NCBI GenBank assembly: GCA_040403975.1
Contig: JBBAJS010000002.1
Coordinates: 98,703 to 162,702, forward strand
DNA: 64,000 nt
DNA from: Sediminibacterium sp.
GTDB lineage: Bacteria; Bacteroidota; Bacteroidia; Chitinophagales; Chitinophagaceae
Direction: 5' to 3'
Shown here: positions 1 through 9,967 of the stretch, piece by piece
How the letters are laid out: every line of letters starts with the position of its first letter
How positions within the stretch are numbered: position 1 is the first letter of the stretch
Notes under the pieces: model-generated
Told to the model about the DNA's origin: nothing
Databases searched by the model: none
What the model saw: only the letters and a program-made list of their open reading frames with translations
Position numbers and translations under genes: made by a program

Positions 1-533
1 TACCCGGATTAAAAGGTATGCCGGCAAAAGAAATCAGCGTTAAAAATTTAGCTGCAATCATACAAGCCAGAATGGGTGAAATTCTGGATTTTGTAACCTA
101 TCACTTAAAGCAGGTTGGTTTAGACCATAGAGCTTTAAATGGTGGAATTATATTAACTGGTGGAGGTTCACAATTAAAACATTTAATTCAGTTAACAGAA
201 TATACAACTGGCTTGAATGCAAGAATTGGCTTGCCGAATGAACACCTTGCTGCAAATCATATTGATGAACTGAAAAAACCAATGTATGCTACTTGTATTG
301 GTTTAATTTTAAAAGGATACAACGATTACGATCATAAATACAAAGAGTTTACAGAAAAATTTGTGAAAGTAGCTGTACCAGCAGGTTTAACAAAAACTGC
401 AGAATTGGTAAAAGAAGAAATAGTACCTGCTTCAACTGTAGATGTATCGGTAAGAAAAGAACGTTTCTGGGATAAATTTAAAAACAATTTGATTGATTTA
501 TTTAAAGAAGAAGAAGACCAAGTAATTCGTTGA
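1..533 (+). CDS. ftsA: Cell division protein FtsA, C-terminal fragment (5' end lies outside the window)
   Basis: The reading frame is open from nt 3 with no upstream stop. It contains the actin-like motif GGIILTGGGSQLKHL and a C-terminal amphipathic helix (WDKFKNNLIDLFK). It sits directly upstream of ftsZ. Confidence 0.9.
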   Translation, partial: PGLKGMPAKEISVKNLAAIIQARMGEILDFVTYHLKQVGLDHRALNGGIILTGGGSQLKHLIQLTEYTTGLNARIGLPNEHLAANHIDELKKPMYATCIGLILKGYNDYDHKYKEFTEKFVKVAVPAGLTKTAELVKEEIVPASTVDVSVRKERFWDKFKNNLIDLFKEEEDQVIR

Positions 534-588
534 TAAAATAAATAGTAGTGTTGTTCCGTTTCTAATATACTAACCCTAAAACTACTCT

Positions 589-2535
589 ATGATTCATTTC
601 GATCTTCCCAAGCAAAAATCATCCATTATCAAGGTATTGGGTGTTGGAGGTGGAGGAAGCAATGCGGTAAACTTTATGTTTGCCCAAGATATAGAAGGCG
701 TTGATTTTATTATCTGCAATACCGACGCAAAAGCAATAGAACAAAGCAATATTCCCAATAAAATTCAATTAGGACCACATCTTACGCAGGGCCTTGGTGC
801 AGGTGCAAATCCTGAAGTAGGCAAGAAAGCTACCGAAGAATCTTTAGAAGAAATTAAAAGGATTTTGGAAGTAAATACCAAGATGGCTTTTATAACTGTT
901 GGAATGGGAGGTGGAACAGGAACAGGTGGAGCACCTATTATTGCTCAGATCTGTAAAGATCTGGGAATTTTAACAGTGGGAATCGTAACTACCCCTTTTG
1001 GATTTGAAGGACCACGTAGATTGAAACAAGCAGAAGAGGGGATTGCTGCATTAAAGCCATACGTAGATACCTTGTTGGTTATCAGTAATGATAAATTACG
1101 CATGCAGTATGGAAATTTGAAAATGAAAGAAGCATTTTCAAAAGCAGATAATGTATTAGCCACTGCTGCAAAATGTATTACCGATGTAATTAATAGTCGC
1201 GGACATATCATTGTAGACTTTGCAGATGTTTGTACCGTAATGAAAAATGGTGGTGTAGCCATTTTAGGAAAAGCAGAAGTTGAAGGAGAGAATAGAGCAC
1301 AAATGGCAATAGAAGAAGCATTGAATTCTCCTTTGTTAAATGATAGCGATATTAAAGGAGCAAAATGGATATTGATTAATATCAATAGTGCAGAAGGAGA
1401 TCATGAATGTACCATGGATGAATTGGAGATCATCAACAACCACTTGCGTATGCAAGCTGGTGAAGATACAGATGTTATTGTGGGTATGGGTTACGATCCA
1501 ACATTGGATAAAAAAATTGGCATTACATTGATTGCTACCGGATTTGAACATAAAGATCCTTTTGCTAAACCACAGGCAATCAAAACACCGGAGGTAAAAC
1601 CTGAAAAAGAGGTAGTTACTTTAGATATGAATATACTCGAGCAAAAACCTGCTCCTGTTGCCGCTGTGGCTACTCCGGCTGCTGCTCCAGCTCAAACTAT
1701 TTCAGAGCTCATTACTCCTGCTCAGCCAGTTGTTCATGTATTTGATCCTATGGATGAGTTAACACCAACAATGCAGGAACCTATGATGGAACTTGCATCA
1801 ATGGAAGAAATCATCAATCATCAAATTGAAGAGAGAGAATCTTTGGTTTTACAATTTGAGTTAAATTCTGAAATTACTTCACCAGTTATAGAACCTACTC
1901 TTATAGATCAACCAGTTGCTGTTGCAATAGAAAAGATTGATCAGCAAATTGTAGAAGAAATAGTTGAAGCTCATTTGAATTTTCAAATAAATGATCAACC
2001 TGCATTATCATTACCAACTGGTTTGATGAGTAAACCTGCTAATATTTATGCAGATCAAAACAATGTAGAACCAGTTGCAGTAACAGTTATTGCACCAGCT
2101 CAACCTATAATTCCTGTTGCAGAGCTAACACCTACAATTGTTCCTGCTGCTATTGAAGCAGTAGCAGATGAGAATTTATTCGAAATGCAATTGGTTGAAA
2201 AGACAGATGAGATGATGCAAAAAGCGCCAATAGTTCCTGAACCATCTAGTTATACCGACGATGGATTTATGGATGATGTTGAGGAGCAAAAAAGAAGGGC
2301 TGCTGAAAGAATTCAAAAATTAAGAAATTTATCTTTCAATATGAATAATTCAACTGATACAAGTGGCGAATTTGATGCTGTGCCAGCTTATATCAGAAGA
2401 AACATGGAATTATTTGGTAACACACTTACTTCTGTTGAAAATTTCTACAGTAAGTATACAGTGGGTAAAGATGAAAATAATCAAACGCAAATTTCTACCA
2501 TCAATACATTTTTAGATGGTAAAAAACCAGACTAA
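589..2535 (+). CDS. ftsZ: Cell division GTPase FtsZ (648 aa) with a long disordered C-terminal linker
   Basis: Contains VLGVGGGGSNAVN, the tubulin signature GMGGGTGTGGAP and the NTD motif. The core ends near residue 320 and is followed by a P/A/V/E/I-rich linker and the peptide FDAVPAYIRRN. Confidence 0.95.
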   Translation: MIHFDLPKQKSSIIKVLGVGGGGSNAVNFMFAQDIEGVDFIICNTDAKAIEQSNIPNKIQLGPHLTQGLGAGANPEVGKKATEESLEEIKRILEVNTKMAFITVGMGGGTGTGGAPIIAQICKDLGILTVGIVTTPFGFEGPRRLKQAEEGIAALKPYVDTLLVISNDKLRMQYGNLKMKEAFSKADNVLATAAKCITDVINSRGHIIVDFADVCTVMKNGGVAILGKAEVEGENRAQMAIEEALNSPLLNDSDIKGAKWILININSAEGDHECTMDELEIINNHLRMQAGEDTDVIVGMGYDPTLDKKIGITLIATGFEHKDPFAKPQAIKTPEVKPEKEVVTLDMNILEQKPAPVAAVATPAAAPAQTISELITPAQPVVHVFDPMDELTPTMQEPMMELASMEEIINHQIEERESLVLQFELNSEITSPVIEPTLIDQPVAVAIEKIDQQIVEEIVEAHLNFQINDQPALSLPTGLMSKPANIYADQNNVEPVAVTVIAPAQPIIPVAELTPTIVPAAIEAVADENLFEMQLVEKTDEMMQKAPIVPEPSSYTDDGFMDDVEEQKRRAAERIQKLRNLSFNMNNSTDTSGEFDAVPAYIRRNMELFGNTLTSVENFYSKYTVGKDENNQTQISTINTFLDGKKPD

Positions 2536-2576
2536 CCCAGTCTCTATAGATGTGTATTAATTGTGATTTAAGTTGT

Positions 2577-2608
2577 AACCTTCCCGGATTTCCGGGAAGG
2601 TTTTTTTA
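2577..2608 (+). terminator. Intrinsic terminator after ftsZ
   Basis: GC-rich stem aaccttcccgg / ccgggaaggtt with a 4-nt loop, followed by a run of seven T. Confidence 0.8.
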
Positions 2609-2650
2609 TTCAACTTTTTATGAACTACCTTGTTAGAATAAATAAAAAAC

Positions 2651-3598
2651 ATGCCAACGGTATTAATAACAGGCGGAACAGGAACTGTAGGAAAAAGACT
2701 TACCCAATTATTATTATTAAAGGGTTATAATGTAAATATTCTCTCAAGGGCTAAGCAAAAAGCTGACTCAATTCAAGAACAGTCAGCCATTGGAAAATTG
2801 GCCTATTTCAATTGGGATCTTACCAAAAATTATATCGATCCTTTAGCAATTAGTTCTGCTGATTTTATTGTACATCTTGCTGGTGCAGGAGTTGCAGATA
2901 AGCGATGGACTACACAAAGGAAAAAAGAAATTTTATTGAGTAGAACCCAAAGCTGTTCCTTAATTGTTGCAGCTTTAAAGGAAGTTCCGAATAAAATTTC
3001 AGCAGTGATCAGTGCATCTGCTATAGGATGGTATGGGCCCGATAAAGCCAATCAAGCTAACGCTCCTTTTGTAGAAACTGCTGCTTCATACAAAGATTTT
3101 TTAGGAGAAACTTGTCAACTTTGGGAAGATGCAATATCTCCAATTGCTCAATTGGATAAACGATTGGTCATATTAAGAACCGGAATAGTTTTAAGTAATG
3201 AAGGTGGTGCATTGGCTGAATTCAAAAAACCATTATTATTTAAAACAGCGGCTATTCTAGGCAATGGACAACAAATGATCAGTTGGATTCATATAGATGA
3301 CTTGTGTGACCAATATATTTTTGCTATTGAAAATCAACATATGCAAGGGGTATTTAATGCAGTAGCACCTAACCCGGTGAGCAATGAAAAGTTGACTTTA
3401 ACATTGGCAAAAAAAATGGCAGGATCCTTTTTCTTGAAAATTCATGTGCCTGCATTTCTATTAAAAATAGTACTCGGAGAAATGAGTATTGAAGTATTAA
3501 AAAGCACTACTGTTTCAGCCCAAAAAATTGATGCAATGGGCTATCAATTTAGCTTTCCAACAATTGATACGGCCATCGAATCACTGCTAGATCAATAA
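2651..3598 (+). CDS. TIGR01777/YfcH-like NAD-dependent epimerase family protein (SDR with a DUF1731-type C-terminus)
   Basis: N-terminal Rossmann motif ITGGTGTVG. Length is 315 aa, and the HLAG..RW and WIHIDD motifs are typical of the family. Confidence 0.75.
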   Translation: MPTVLITGGTGTVGKRLTQLLLLKGYNVNILSRAKQKADSIQEQSAIGKLAYFNWDLTKNYIDPLAISSADFIVHLAGAGVADKRWTTQRKKEILLSRTQSCSLIVAALKEVPNKISAVISASAIGWYGPDKANQANAPFVETAASYKDFLGETCQLWEDAISPIAQLDKRLVILRTGIVLSNEGGALAEFKKPLLFKTAAILGNGQQMISWIHIDDLCDQYIFAIENQHMQGVFNAVAPNPVSNEKLTLTLAKKMAGSFFLKIHVPAFLLKIVLGEMSIEVLKSTTVSAQKIDAMGYQFSFPTIDTAIESLLDQ

Positions 3599-4426
3599 TT
3601 AAACGATATCTCTTCTTTTGTGAATTTTATAGCAAATCAACCAAATGATTGCAGTAAAAACAAGTGTTAATATAACTTGTTGTGGAACCAAACTCAATTG
3701 TAATTCATAATCGGCTTTGGCAGCTGCTCCAAAAGTTCTTTGTAAAGCCGGTTTAACTATTATATTGTTCGACATGCGAACAGGTAGAAAACGATCGATT
3801 GGAATTTTTTTCCATTTTAATAAACCAACCGCTATGTTTTCCAGTATGAGGTAATAAAAAAGAAAAACGCCTAAGGCAATGAATGCTTTTTTTACCAGAT
3901 ACCCCAATAAAAAGGCAATAGATAATTGTGCAAATGTTTGCAAAAAAAACAATGGAATATATTCCAGTTGCTCGGCCCATCTGATCCAACTAATACTGTC
4001 AGCATAAAATCCAAAACCTATGGCAACAACAGTATATACCAATGTAACAATACTCGAAATAATGGTTACGTCAATTAATTTACTGGTAATAAATTCGGTC
4101 CTACTCCAACCATCGATAATATTCTGACGATGTGTTTTATAATTATATTCATTGGTTACTATCATAATTACAAGAATAGAAGGTAGCAACACAAAGAAGG
4201 AAGATAAATAGGCTACCGAATGCCAGGTTTCGGGAAAAGCAAATGGATTTCCTAAAACCATTTTAGCAACCTGGTTAACCATGTCTTTACCTTGTATTAC
4301 TTCTTTGTATCCATAATAAACCATACTGTTTATACCTGGATAGGTTAGCATTACAATCACGAGCATCCACCAGAATGCCGGGTACTTTTTAATTTTAAGC
4401 CATTCTATTTTTATTAAATTATTCAT
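3599..4426 (-). CDS. ABC-2 type transporter permease
   Basis: 275 aa with about six hydrophobic spans. It lies immediately downstream of an ABC ATPase on the same strand. Confidence 0.7.
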   Translation of the reverse strand: MNNLIKIEWLKIKKYPAFWWMLVIVMLTYPGINSMVYYGYKEVIQGKDMVNQVAKMVLGNPFAFPETWHSVAYLSSFFVLLPSILVIMIVTNEYNYKTHRQNIIDGWSRTEFITSKLIDVTIISSIVTLVYTVVAIGFGFYADSISWIRWAEQLEYIPLFFLQTFAQLSIAFLLGYLVKKAFIALGVFLFYYLILENIAVGLLKWKKIPIDRFLPVRMSNNIIVKPALQRTFGAAAKADYELQLSLVPQQVILTLVFTAIIWLICYKIHKRRDIV

Positions 4427-4469
4427 GTGTTTATTTTATTGATTTTGGCGCACTGTATCAGCAGAAATA

Positions 4470-5366
4470 TTAGTCATTGGTGAGTTCAAAGAATGTAGAT
4501 TCCAAACTTTTTTTCTTACTTAACAATAATTGTAAAGTAATTCCATTTTTAAAGCAATGGTCATTGATCTTTTCCATATTGGCTGTGCCGAATGGGTAAT
4601 GAATTTGTAAGTGTTCGTTGTCTTCTTTAATTAAAGTAAAACCACCCATATCGGCAATACATATCTTTAATTGCTCCATATTGGCTGCAGCAATTTCTAC
4701 TATATCTTCGTTAGACAATACTTCATTTACAGGTCCTGAAGTAATTAAAGTTCCTCTTTTCAAAATCGCCACGTGGGTACATATTTTTTCTACTTCGTCC
4801 AATAAATGGCTTGCGATGATAATGGTAATTCCTTTTTTTGATAGAGCTTTAATAAGATCTCTAATTTCCATTATTCCTACCGGATCCAGTCCATTGGTAG
4901 GCTCATCCAATAATAATACTTCAGGGTTTCCCATCAACGCAGCCCCAATGGCTAGCCGCTGTTTCATGCCCAAACTATATGCACTGAATTTGCTTTTTTT
5001 TCTTTCAGTCAATTTCACAATTTCCAACACTTCGTCGATGTCTGCTTCAGTGCCTCTTCCACTAATGGCCTGTGTGATTTTTAAATTATCTACTGCTGAT
5101 AAATAATGATAAAAATTAGGTGTCTCTAAAAGTGATCCAATTCTTTTTCGTTCATTATTGGAATTGGGTAAACCAAACCAATTATAGGTTCCAGTATCGG
5201 ACTTAAGAATATCTAAAACGATACTCATCATAGTTGTTTTGCCGCTGCCATTTGGCCCCAAAATTCCAAACACACTTCCTTTCGGAATAGTTAATGATAA
5301 ATTTTTGAGTGCCTTGATGTTCTTATAAGATTTGCTAACTCCATCAATCGATAAAATGGTATCCAT
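4470..5366 (-). CDS. ABC transporter ATP-binding protein
   Basis: Walker A GPNGSGKTT, ABC signature YSLGMKQRL and Walker B LLLDEP. Confidence 0.9.
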   Translation of the reverse strand: MDTILSIDGVSKSYKNIKALKNLSLTIPKGSVFGILGPNGSGKTTMMSIVLDILKSDTGTYNWFGLPNSNNERKRIGSLLETPNFYHYLSAVDNLKITQAISGRGTEADIDEVLEIVKLTERKKSKFSAYSLGMKQRLAIGAALMGNPEVLLLDEPTNGLDPVGIMEIRDLIKALSKKGITIIIASHLLDEVEKICTHVAILKRGTLITSGPVNEVLSNEDIVEIAAANMEQLKICIADMGGFTLIKEDNEHLQIHYPFGTANMEKINDHCFKNGITLQLLLSKKKSLESTFFELTND

Positions 5367-5387
5367 ATTTTTATTTTTTGCAGACTA

Positions 5388-6512
5388 TTAATCTTTTAAC
5401 CAAGGACGAAGTGATTTAATAACTTTATTTCCCTTTTTGATTGCGAACTTGTCATCGTAATCCCAAAGTATAATAGGTATATTAAACTCCTTCATAATGC
5501 TGGTAATATCTCTAAGATAAGCAGACCTGGATTTATTGTCAGCAAATTTGATTACCCCCGTTTCTGTACATATAAGCGGTAAATTTAACCTGTCGGCTTC
5601 TTTGCTGATCGCTTTTATACGCTCGTATAAGTATTCGTAAGTAGCTTCTTTTGGGTAACGGAAATAATCTTTATAAAGCTGCGACTCTGGAGGAGCATTA
5701 TAAAGTCTTGGCATTTTATTCGCTTTATATGGGTAAGGGAAACCGGTTATAAAGGTTTTTTCTGGGGTCCAGTCTGCTCCTTGGTGGGTAAAAATATAGG
5801 GTTCATAAAAATGAAAAGTATAGAGAATTTTCCCATCATCTACATCTAGCTTTCCCATATGCAGCAATTCGCTAATTCCATTATAATTGGCACCGCCAAT
5901 AATAAAAATTCGATTTGGATCTTCTTTTCTTAATTCCCTTACTAATGTAGTTGCAGAAGACTTCCAAACGTCCATATCTGTAGTAGGTTCATTGTATAAT
6001 TCAAAAAATAAATTGTCCGGAGAATCATTGGTCATCGATCTGATCACCTGTTTCCAAATTCTAATGATGCGATCATTTTCTGAATAAATATTTTCATTGG
6101 TTAATTTGCCATAATGGTAAACAATCACCAGTTTAATATTTAATTGATTGCATTTTGCATAGATCATTTGCAGCTTATTTAATAAACCATTATCCAATGC
6201 TGCATAATTATCTGGCATATAATGGTCGAATGCTACAGGAAGCCTGATTGTTTTAAAACCAGCTTTTGCAATTTCCTCTAGCTTAGGTGCTAAGCTTGTT
6301 TGAAATTGTAAATCAGGGGCTAGCCAATACTGCTCCAAAAAAGAAATATTTACTCCTTTTGACAAGTCTGACTTGATTTTATTTATATCTGTTCTACCGG
6401 AAGCAAAAACAGGTAAAAAGAAACTCACAAATGTCAATAACATGGTGAAAAAAAGCCGTTTTGCGATTTTTCTTGGATTTAATTTTATCGAATAATCAAT
6501 TACCTGATGCAT
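5388..6512 (-). CDS. Glycoside hydrolase family 5 (cellulase-like), secreted or membrane-anchored
   Basis: GH5 acid/base motif FELYNEP and nucleophile motif ICTETG, plus an N-terminal hydrophobic signal or anchor. The start may instead be the internal MLLTF. Confidence 0.8.
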   Translation of the reverse strand: MHQVIDYSIKLNPRKIAKRLFFTMLLTFVSFFLPVFASGRTDINKIKSDLSKGVNISFLEQYWLAPDLQFQTSLAPKLEEIAKAGFKTIRLPVAFDHYMPDNYAALDNGLLNKLQMIYAKCNQLNIKLVIVYHYGKLTNENIYSENDRIIRIWKQVIRSMTNDSPDNLFFELYNEPTTDMDVWKSSATTLVRELRKEDPNRIFIIGGANYNGISELLHMGKLDVDDGKILYTFHFYEPYIFTHQGADWTPEKTFITGFPYPYKANKMPRLYNAPPESQLYKDYFRYPKEATYEYLYERIKAISKEADRLNLPLICTETGVIKFADNKSRSAYLRDITSIMKEFNIPIILWDYDDKFAIKKGNKVIKSLRPWLKD

Positions 6513-6522
6513 ATTTGTATAT

Positions 6523-7890
6523 ATGATAGATTATCATAAGATTCCTTATGTAAATATAGACCGAGATAAGCTTACTTCCGAATTGAATAAACGGGGCGCT
6601 TATTATTCCAACGTTGCCGTTTGGTCGCTAATGTTTTCCCTACCCCTTTTTGTAGTGTTGGATCTGCTTTTCCTGAATGATCAATGGACATTTCTAATGG
6701 CATTGAGGGTGATTGCTTTTGTAATTACCTATTTAGTGAATAGAATGGGTACTCAAAAGCGTTGGTCCTACGAATTGGTTCTCAATTTGGTGATTGGGGC
6801 TAATGTGATAATGATGTCATTAATATGTGGCGTAGTTCCTATTCCGAATGCATTGCCCTATTTTCTCATAACAACCATTTTAATGCTATTGTTGAATACC
6901 ACGGTGTTTTGGCGTCCGATATACGCTCAAATGCATTGTGCTATTTCTTATACCATCATTGTTGTTTTATATGCATTGAATAACCGCACAGATGGATATA
7001 GTTCACTCATTACCAATGGAGGTGGGGTGTATTTCCTGGTTTCTGCATTTTCTTGTGTAATTGCCTATAACCGTTATCAAATTATCAAGCGGGAAACCGA
7101 GAAAAACTTGATCATTGAAGAATCCAACAGAAGAATGCTTGAACAGAATGAAAAAATCAATGATCAGCATCATTTAATTGATGAAGCTAACCGAAGATTG
7201 AAAGAATTGAGTGATTATAGGCAGAATACCCTCAATATCATGATTCATGATTTGAAGAATTTTATTGGTTCCAACCAGATTTCTATTGATCTGATTAACC
7301 GAAAATCGAGTAATCTTACTACGGATCAAAAGGAAATTCTGAGTTATATCACTATGGGTAATGAGAAATTACATTACTTGTCTCAAAAATTATCGGAATC
7401 TGCCGAAGCAGATACGGGTAAAATAGAATACCGTTTTGAACAGTTTGATATCATCCCAGAGGTAGAAAAAGCAGGAATTGCTTTGGTGGATGCTGCAAGT
7501 ATCAAGCATGTTACCATTCAGGTTCACCTATCTCCAGCCGAAATTATTGTTAATCTGGATAAAATATTTCTCCGTCACATATTATTTAAGCTACTTTCTA
7601 ACGTTATAAGGTTTATACAGAAAGGATCCGTGTTGAGTATTCACGCTGCAGACTATGAAGGGATGTGTATTATTGAAATTATCAATAAAGGAACACCTAT
7701 CGGAAAAGAGAGATTGGACGATTACTTTAACAGGTTGAATTCGCCAAATCAATCCGAGTTTGCCGTTACCCAATCGGGTATGGGTTTTTCTGTTGCACAA
7801 AAGCTTACGGTTGATATGGGAGGGGTTTTAACGTATGAGAGTGATTCGACCGTTGGGAATTATTTTAAATTGAAATTCAAACTCGCTTAG
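6523..7890 (+). CDS. Membrane-embedded sensor histidine kinase (no adjacent response regulator)
   Basis: About six N-terminal TM helices, then a coiled coil, then the H-box IMIHDLKNFIG and the HATPase G-box GMGFSVAQK. Confidence 0.85.
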   Translation: MIDYHKIPYVNIDRDKLTSELNKRGAYYSNVAVWSLMFSLPLFVVLDLLFLNDQWTFLMALRVIAFVITYLVNRMGTQKRWSYELVLNLVIGANVIMMSLICGVVPIPNALPYFLITTILMLLLNTTVFWRPIYAQMHCAISYTIIVVLYALNNRTDGYSSLITNGGGVYFLVSAFSCVIAYNRYQIIKRETEKNLIIEESNRRMLEQNEKINDQHHLIDEANRRLKELSDYRQNTLNIMIHDLKNFIGSNQISIDLINRKSSNLTTDQKEILSYITMGNEKLHYLSQKLSESAEADTGKIEYRFEQFDIIPEVEKAGIALVDAASIKHVTIQVHLSPAEIIVNLDKIFLRHILFKLLSNVIRFIQKGSVLSIHAADYEGMCIIEIINKGTPIGKERLDDYFNRLNSPNQSEFAVTQSGMGFSVAQKLTVDMGGVLTYESDSTVGNYFKLKFKLA

Positions 7891-7906
7891 TTCTAAATAC
7901 TACCTT

Positions 7907-9943
7907 ATGAAATCTAGATTATCGCTATTAGTTGTATTTACCCTCATCTTGTCGGGTATATTCGGGCAGGCCGTTCAAAGTATTGAAGGGGAGATCCGAA
8001 CAATGGAAGACATGGGATATCGCAACGAGTCAATCCGTGGTATTGCAGGTGCATTGAACTTTTTCCTCAAATTGAATCCCAAAGATGATGTAAATAATAT
8101 GCGCTTGGTATTGAAGGTAAAACCTTCTCAAGTATTAAATAAAGACCTTTCTGCTGTTACTGTTTCATTGAGAGATGAGCCAGTGTATACTTCCAGGATC
8201 ACTTCTAATGGAATTGATTCGATCATGACTATCACCATCGATCTGAACAAAAGGTTTATGCAACCCGATGGTCGATTCATTAAGTTGCGTGTGGATGCCA
8301 GAATGTGTATGACGGACGAATATTGTAAAGACGTTGACAATCCTGCTGTTTGGATGACTATAAGAAATTCTACCTATTTAGAAGTTAAAAAGCAGGAAAA
8401 AATTACCTATTTCCAGAGTTTGAAGGAAACCATTTTACTCTATGATAAAATTGCTACACCAGTAAATAGTGACTTAGATGATCTAGTTGGGGGCGGGGTG
8501 TTATTTGCATTATTGAAGCAAAAAGAAGTCTTGAAAGAACTTTACACTGTTAACTATTCTGAAGCAGATACAATGAGCAATACCATTGTAACTGGTGTAT
8601 ATAGCAAGCTTCCAAATTATCTTAAGCCATTTCTTCCAGATTTAAAACCTGGACAGGGATGTATTTATAATGTTCAACCTTGGGGCGACAACCGTTATGT
8701 AATGGTGATTACAGGTAAAGATGCGGATGGTTACAAGAAAGCCATTAATACCCTTACCAATTACAAAATATTAAATGCAAGCTTCTCTTATAGAATGGTC
8801 ATTGAAAATGGGCCACCTAATTATTTCTTGGCTAATCCATTACCTGTAGTATTCTCTTTAGAAGACTTGGGTGGAACACCAAAATTGATGGAAGGGGTAG
8901 GAGCATTAAAAACAAATTACTCATTCTCATTAGCTGATTATAATGCCATTCCGAAGAAATTGACTTTTCATTTGGAAGCCATGCTTACCTTATTGAAAGA
9001 AGAAGACAGGGGTTATGTGAATGTGTATTTGAATGACAACTTAGTATTCAGTGCCGATTTGCATGACAAGACCAGTTTTGTTGGAGATGTGGAGTTAAAG
9101 CCATATTTGCTAACCAAAAACAATTCATTGGTAGTAGAATTCAGGTTCCATCCTCAAGGAAGTATTTGTAAATCAGGTTTCTCTAATTTCTATGCATTTA
9201 TAGATACCAAAACATCTAATTTAGTATTCTCCGGAGAAAAACAAAACGAGTTTTATAATTTCTTCAATTATCCAGGTGAGTTCAGGAAAAAACAATTGAA
9301 GTTTATTGTTTCTCCATCCATCATGCCACATTTGGCATCATCTATGGGAGAATTAATTTACCAATTGAATACTACAACTGTTCAGGCAAATCACTTGAAT
9401 ATTCCTGAAATGATCACCACCGAAAAAGCTACGGTAGCAGATTTAAAAGATTATAATGCCATTTTATTAGTACATCGAAATGATCCATTCGTTAAAAACT
9501 TTACGAGCGATATGCCAGTTCAGTTTAACAGAGATTTTCAGTTGTACAAAAACATGAGCGGACAAACTACTTTCTCCATTAATGATTTTTCGAATAGTGG
9601 TATTGCTCAAATATTCAGGTACCAGGCATCAACTATCATGATGATTACTTCATTGCAGGATACTGTTGTGAGTGATGCATTTGAAGGAGTTATTAAAAGC
9701 TTTGGATCTCAGTATTCAGCTATTGAAAGTAATGTGTGTTTTGCAAGCAGTAAAGGAAGAAGTAATTTCTTCTTTAAAGTTCCAGAAAATTCTGGGGTGG
9801 TAACGTATAGAGGAGATAAAAACTATCTGGCTATTTTCTGGAATAATTACCGATACTTCATTTTAATTGCTGCATTATTGTTGGTGATTGGTGCATTTGT
9901 TTTCGTGAGAAAACGAGTGAAGAAGTCTCAGGAAAACTTTTAA
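7907..9943 (+). CDS. BcsB-like periplasmic protein (cellulose synthase subunit B-like) with a C-terminal TM anchor
   Basis: Signal peptide, two repeated modules each ending in a v.lnd..v-type strand (VTVSLRDEPVY and VNVYLNDNLVF), and a single C-terminal TM helix followed by a basic tail (RKRVKK). It sits directly upstream of a processive GT2. Confidence 0.55.
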   Translation: MKSRLSLLVVFTLILSGIFGQAVQSIEGEIRTMEDMGYRNESIRGIAGALNFFLKLNPKDDVNNMRLVLKVKPSQVLNKDLSAVTVSLRDEPVYTSRITSNGIDSIMTITIDLNKRFMQPDGRFIKLRVDARMCMTDEYCKDVDNPAVWMTIRNSTYLEVKKQEKITYFQSLKETILLYDKIATPVNSDLDDLVGGGVLFALLKQKEVLKELYTVNYSEADTMSNTIVTGVYSKLPNYLKPFLPDLKPGQGCIYNVQPWGDNRYVMVITGKDADGYKKAINTLTNYKILNASFSYRMVIENGPPNYFLANPLPVVFSLEDLGGTPKLMEGVGALKTNYSFSLADYNAIPKKLTFHLEAMLTLLKEEDRGYVNVYLNDNLVFSADLHDKTSFVGDVELKPYLLTKNNSLVVEFRFHPQGSICKSGFSNFYAFIDTKTSNLVFSGEKQNEFYNFFNYPGEFRKKQLKFIVSPSIMPHLASSMGELIYQLNTTTVQANHLNIPEMITTEKATVADLKDYNAILLVHRNDPFVKNFTSDMPVQFNRDFQLYKNMSGQTTFSINDFSNSGIAQIFRYQASTIMMITSLQDTVVSDAFEGVIKSFGSQYSAIESNVCFASSKGRSNFFFKVPENSGVVTYRGDKNYLAIFWNNYRYFILIAALLLVIGAFVFVRKRVKKSQENF

Positions 9944-9967
9944 TCGGCGCTAAATTACCCTAGGAAT

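Noticed and set aside
945-1385. A 146-aa ORF antisense to ftsZ, plus a 71-aa ORF at 1336-1551.
   Set aside because: Both lie entirely within the strongly supported ftsZ coding region on the opposite strand. Their composition is low-complexity and they show no motifs, which is typical of shadow ORFs.
4618-5106. A 162-aa ORF antisense to the ABC ATPase gene.
   Set aside because: It is a shadow ORF inside a gene with complete Walker A, signature and Walker B motifs. It has no independent start context or recognisable domain.
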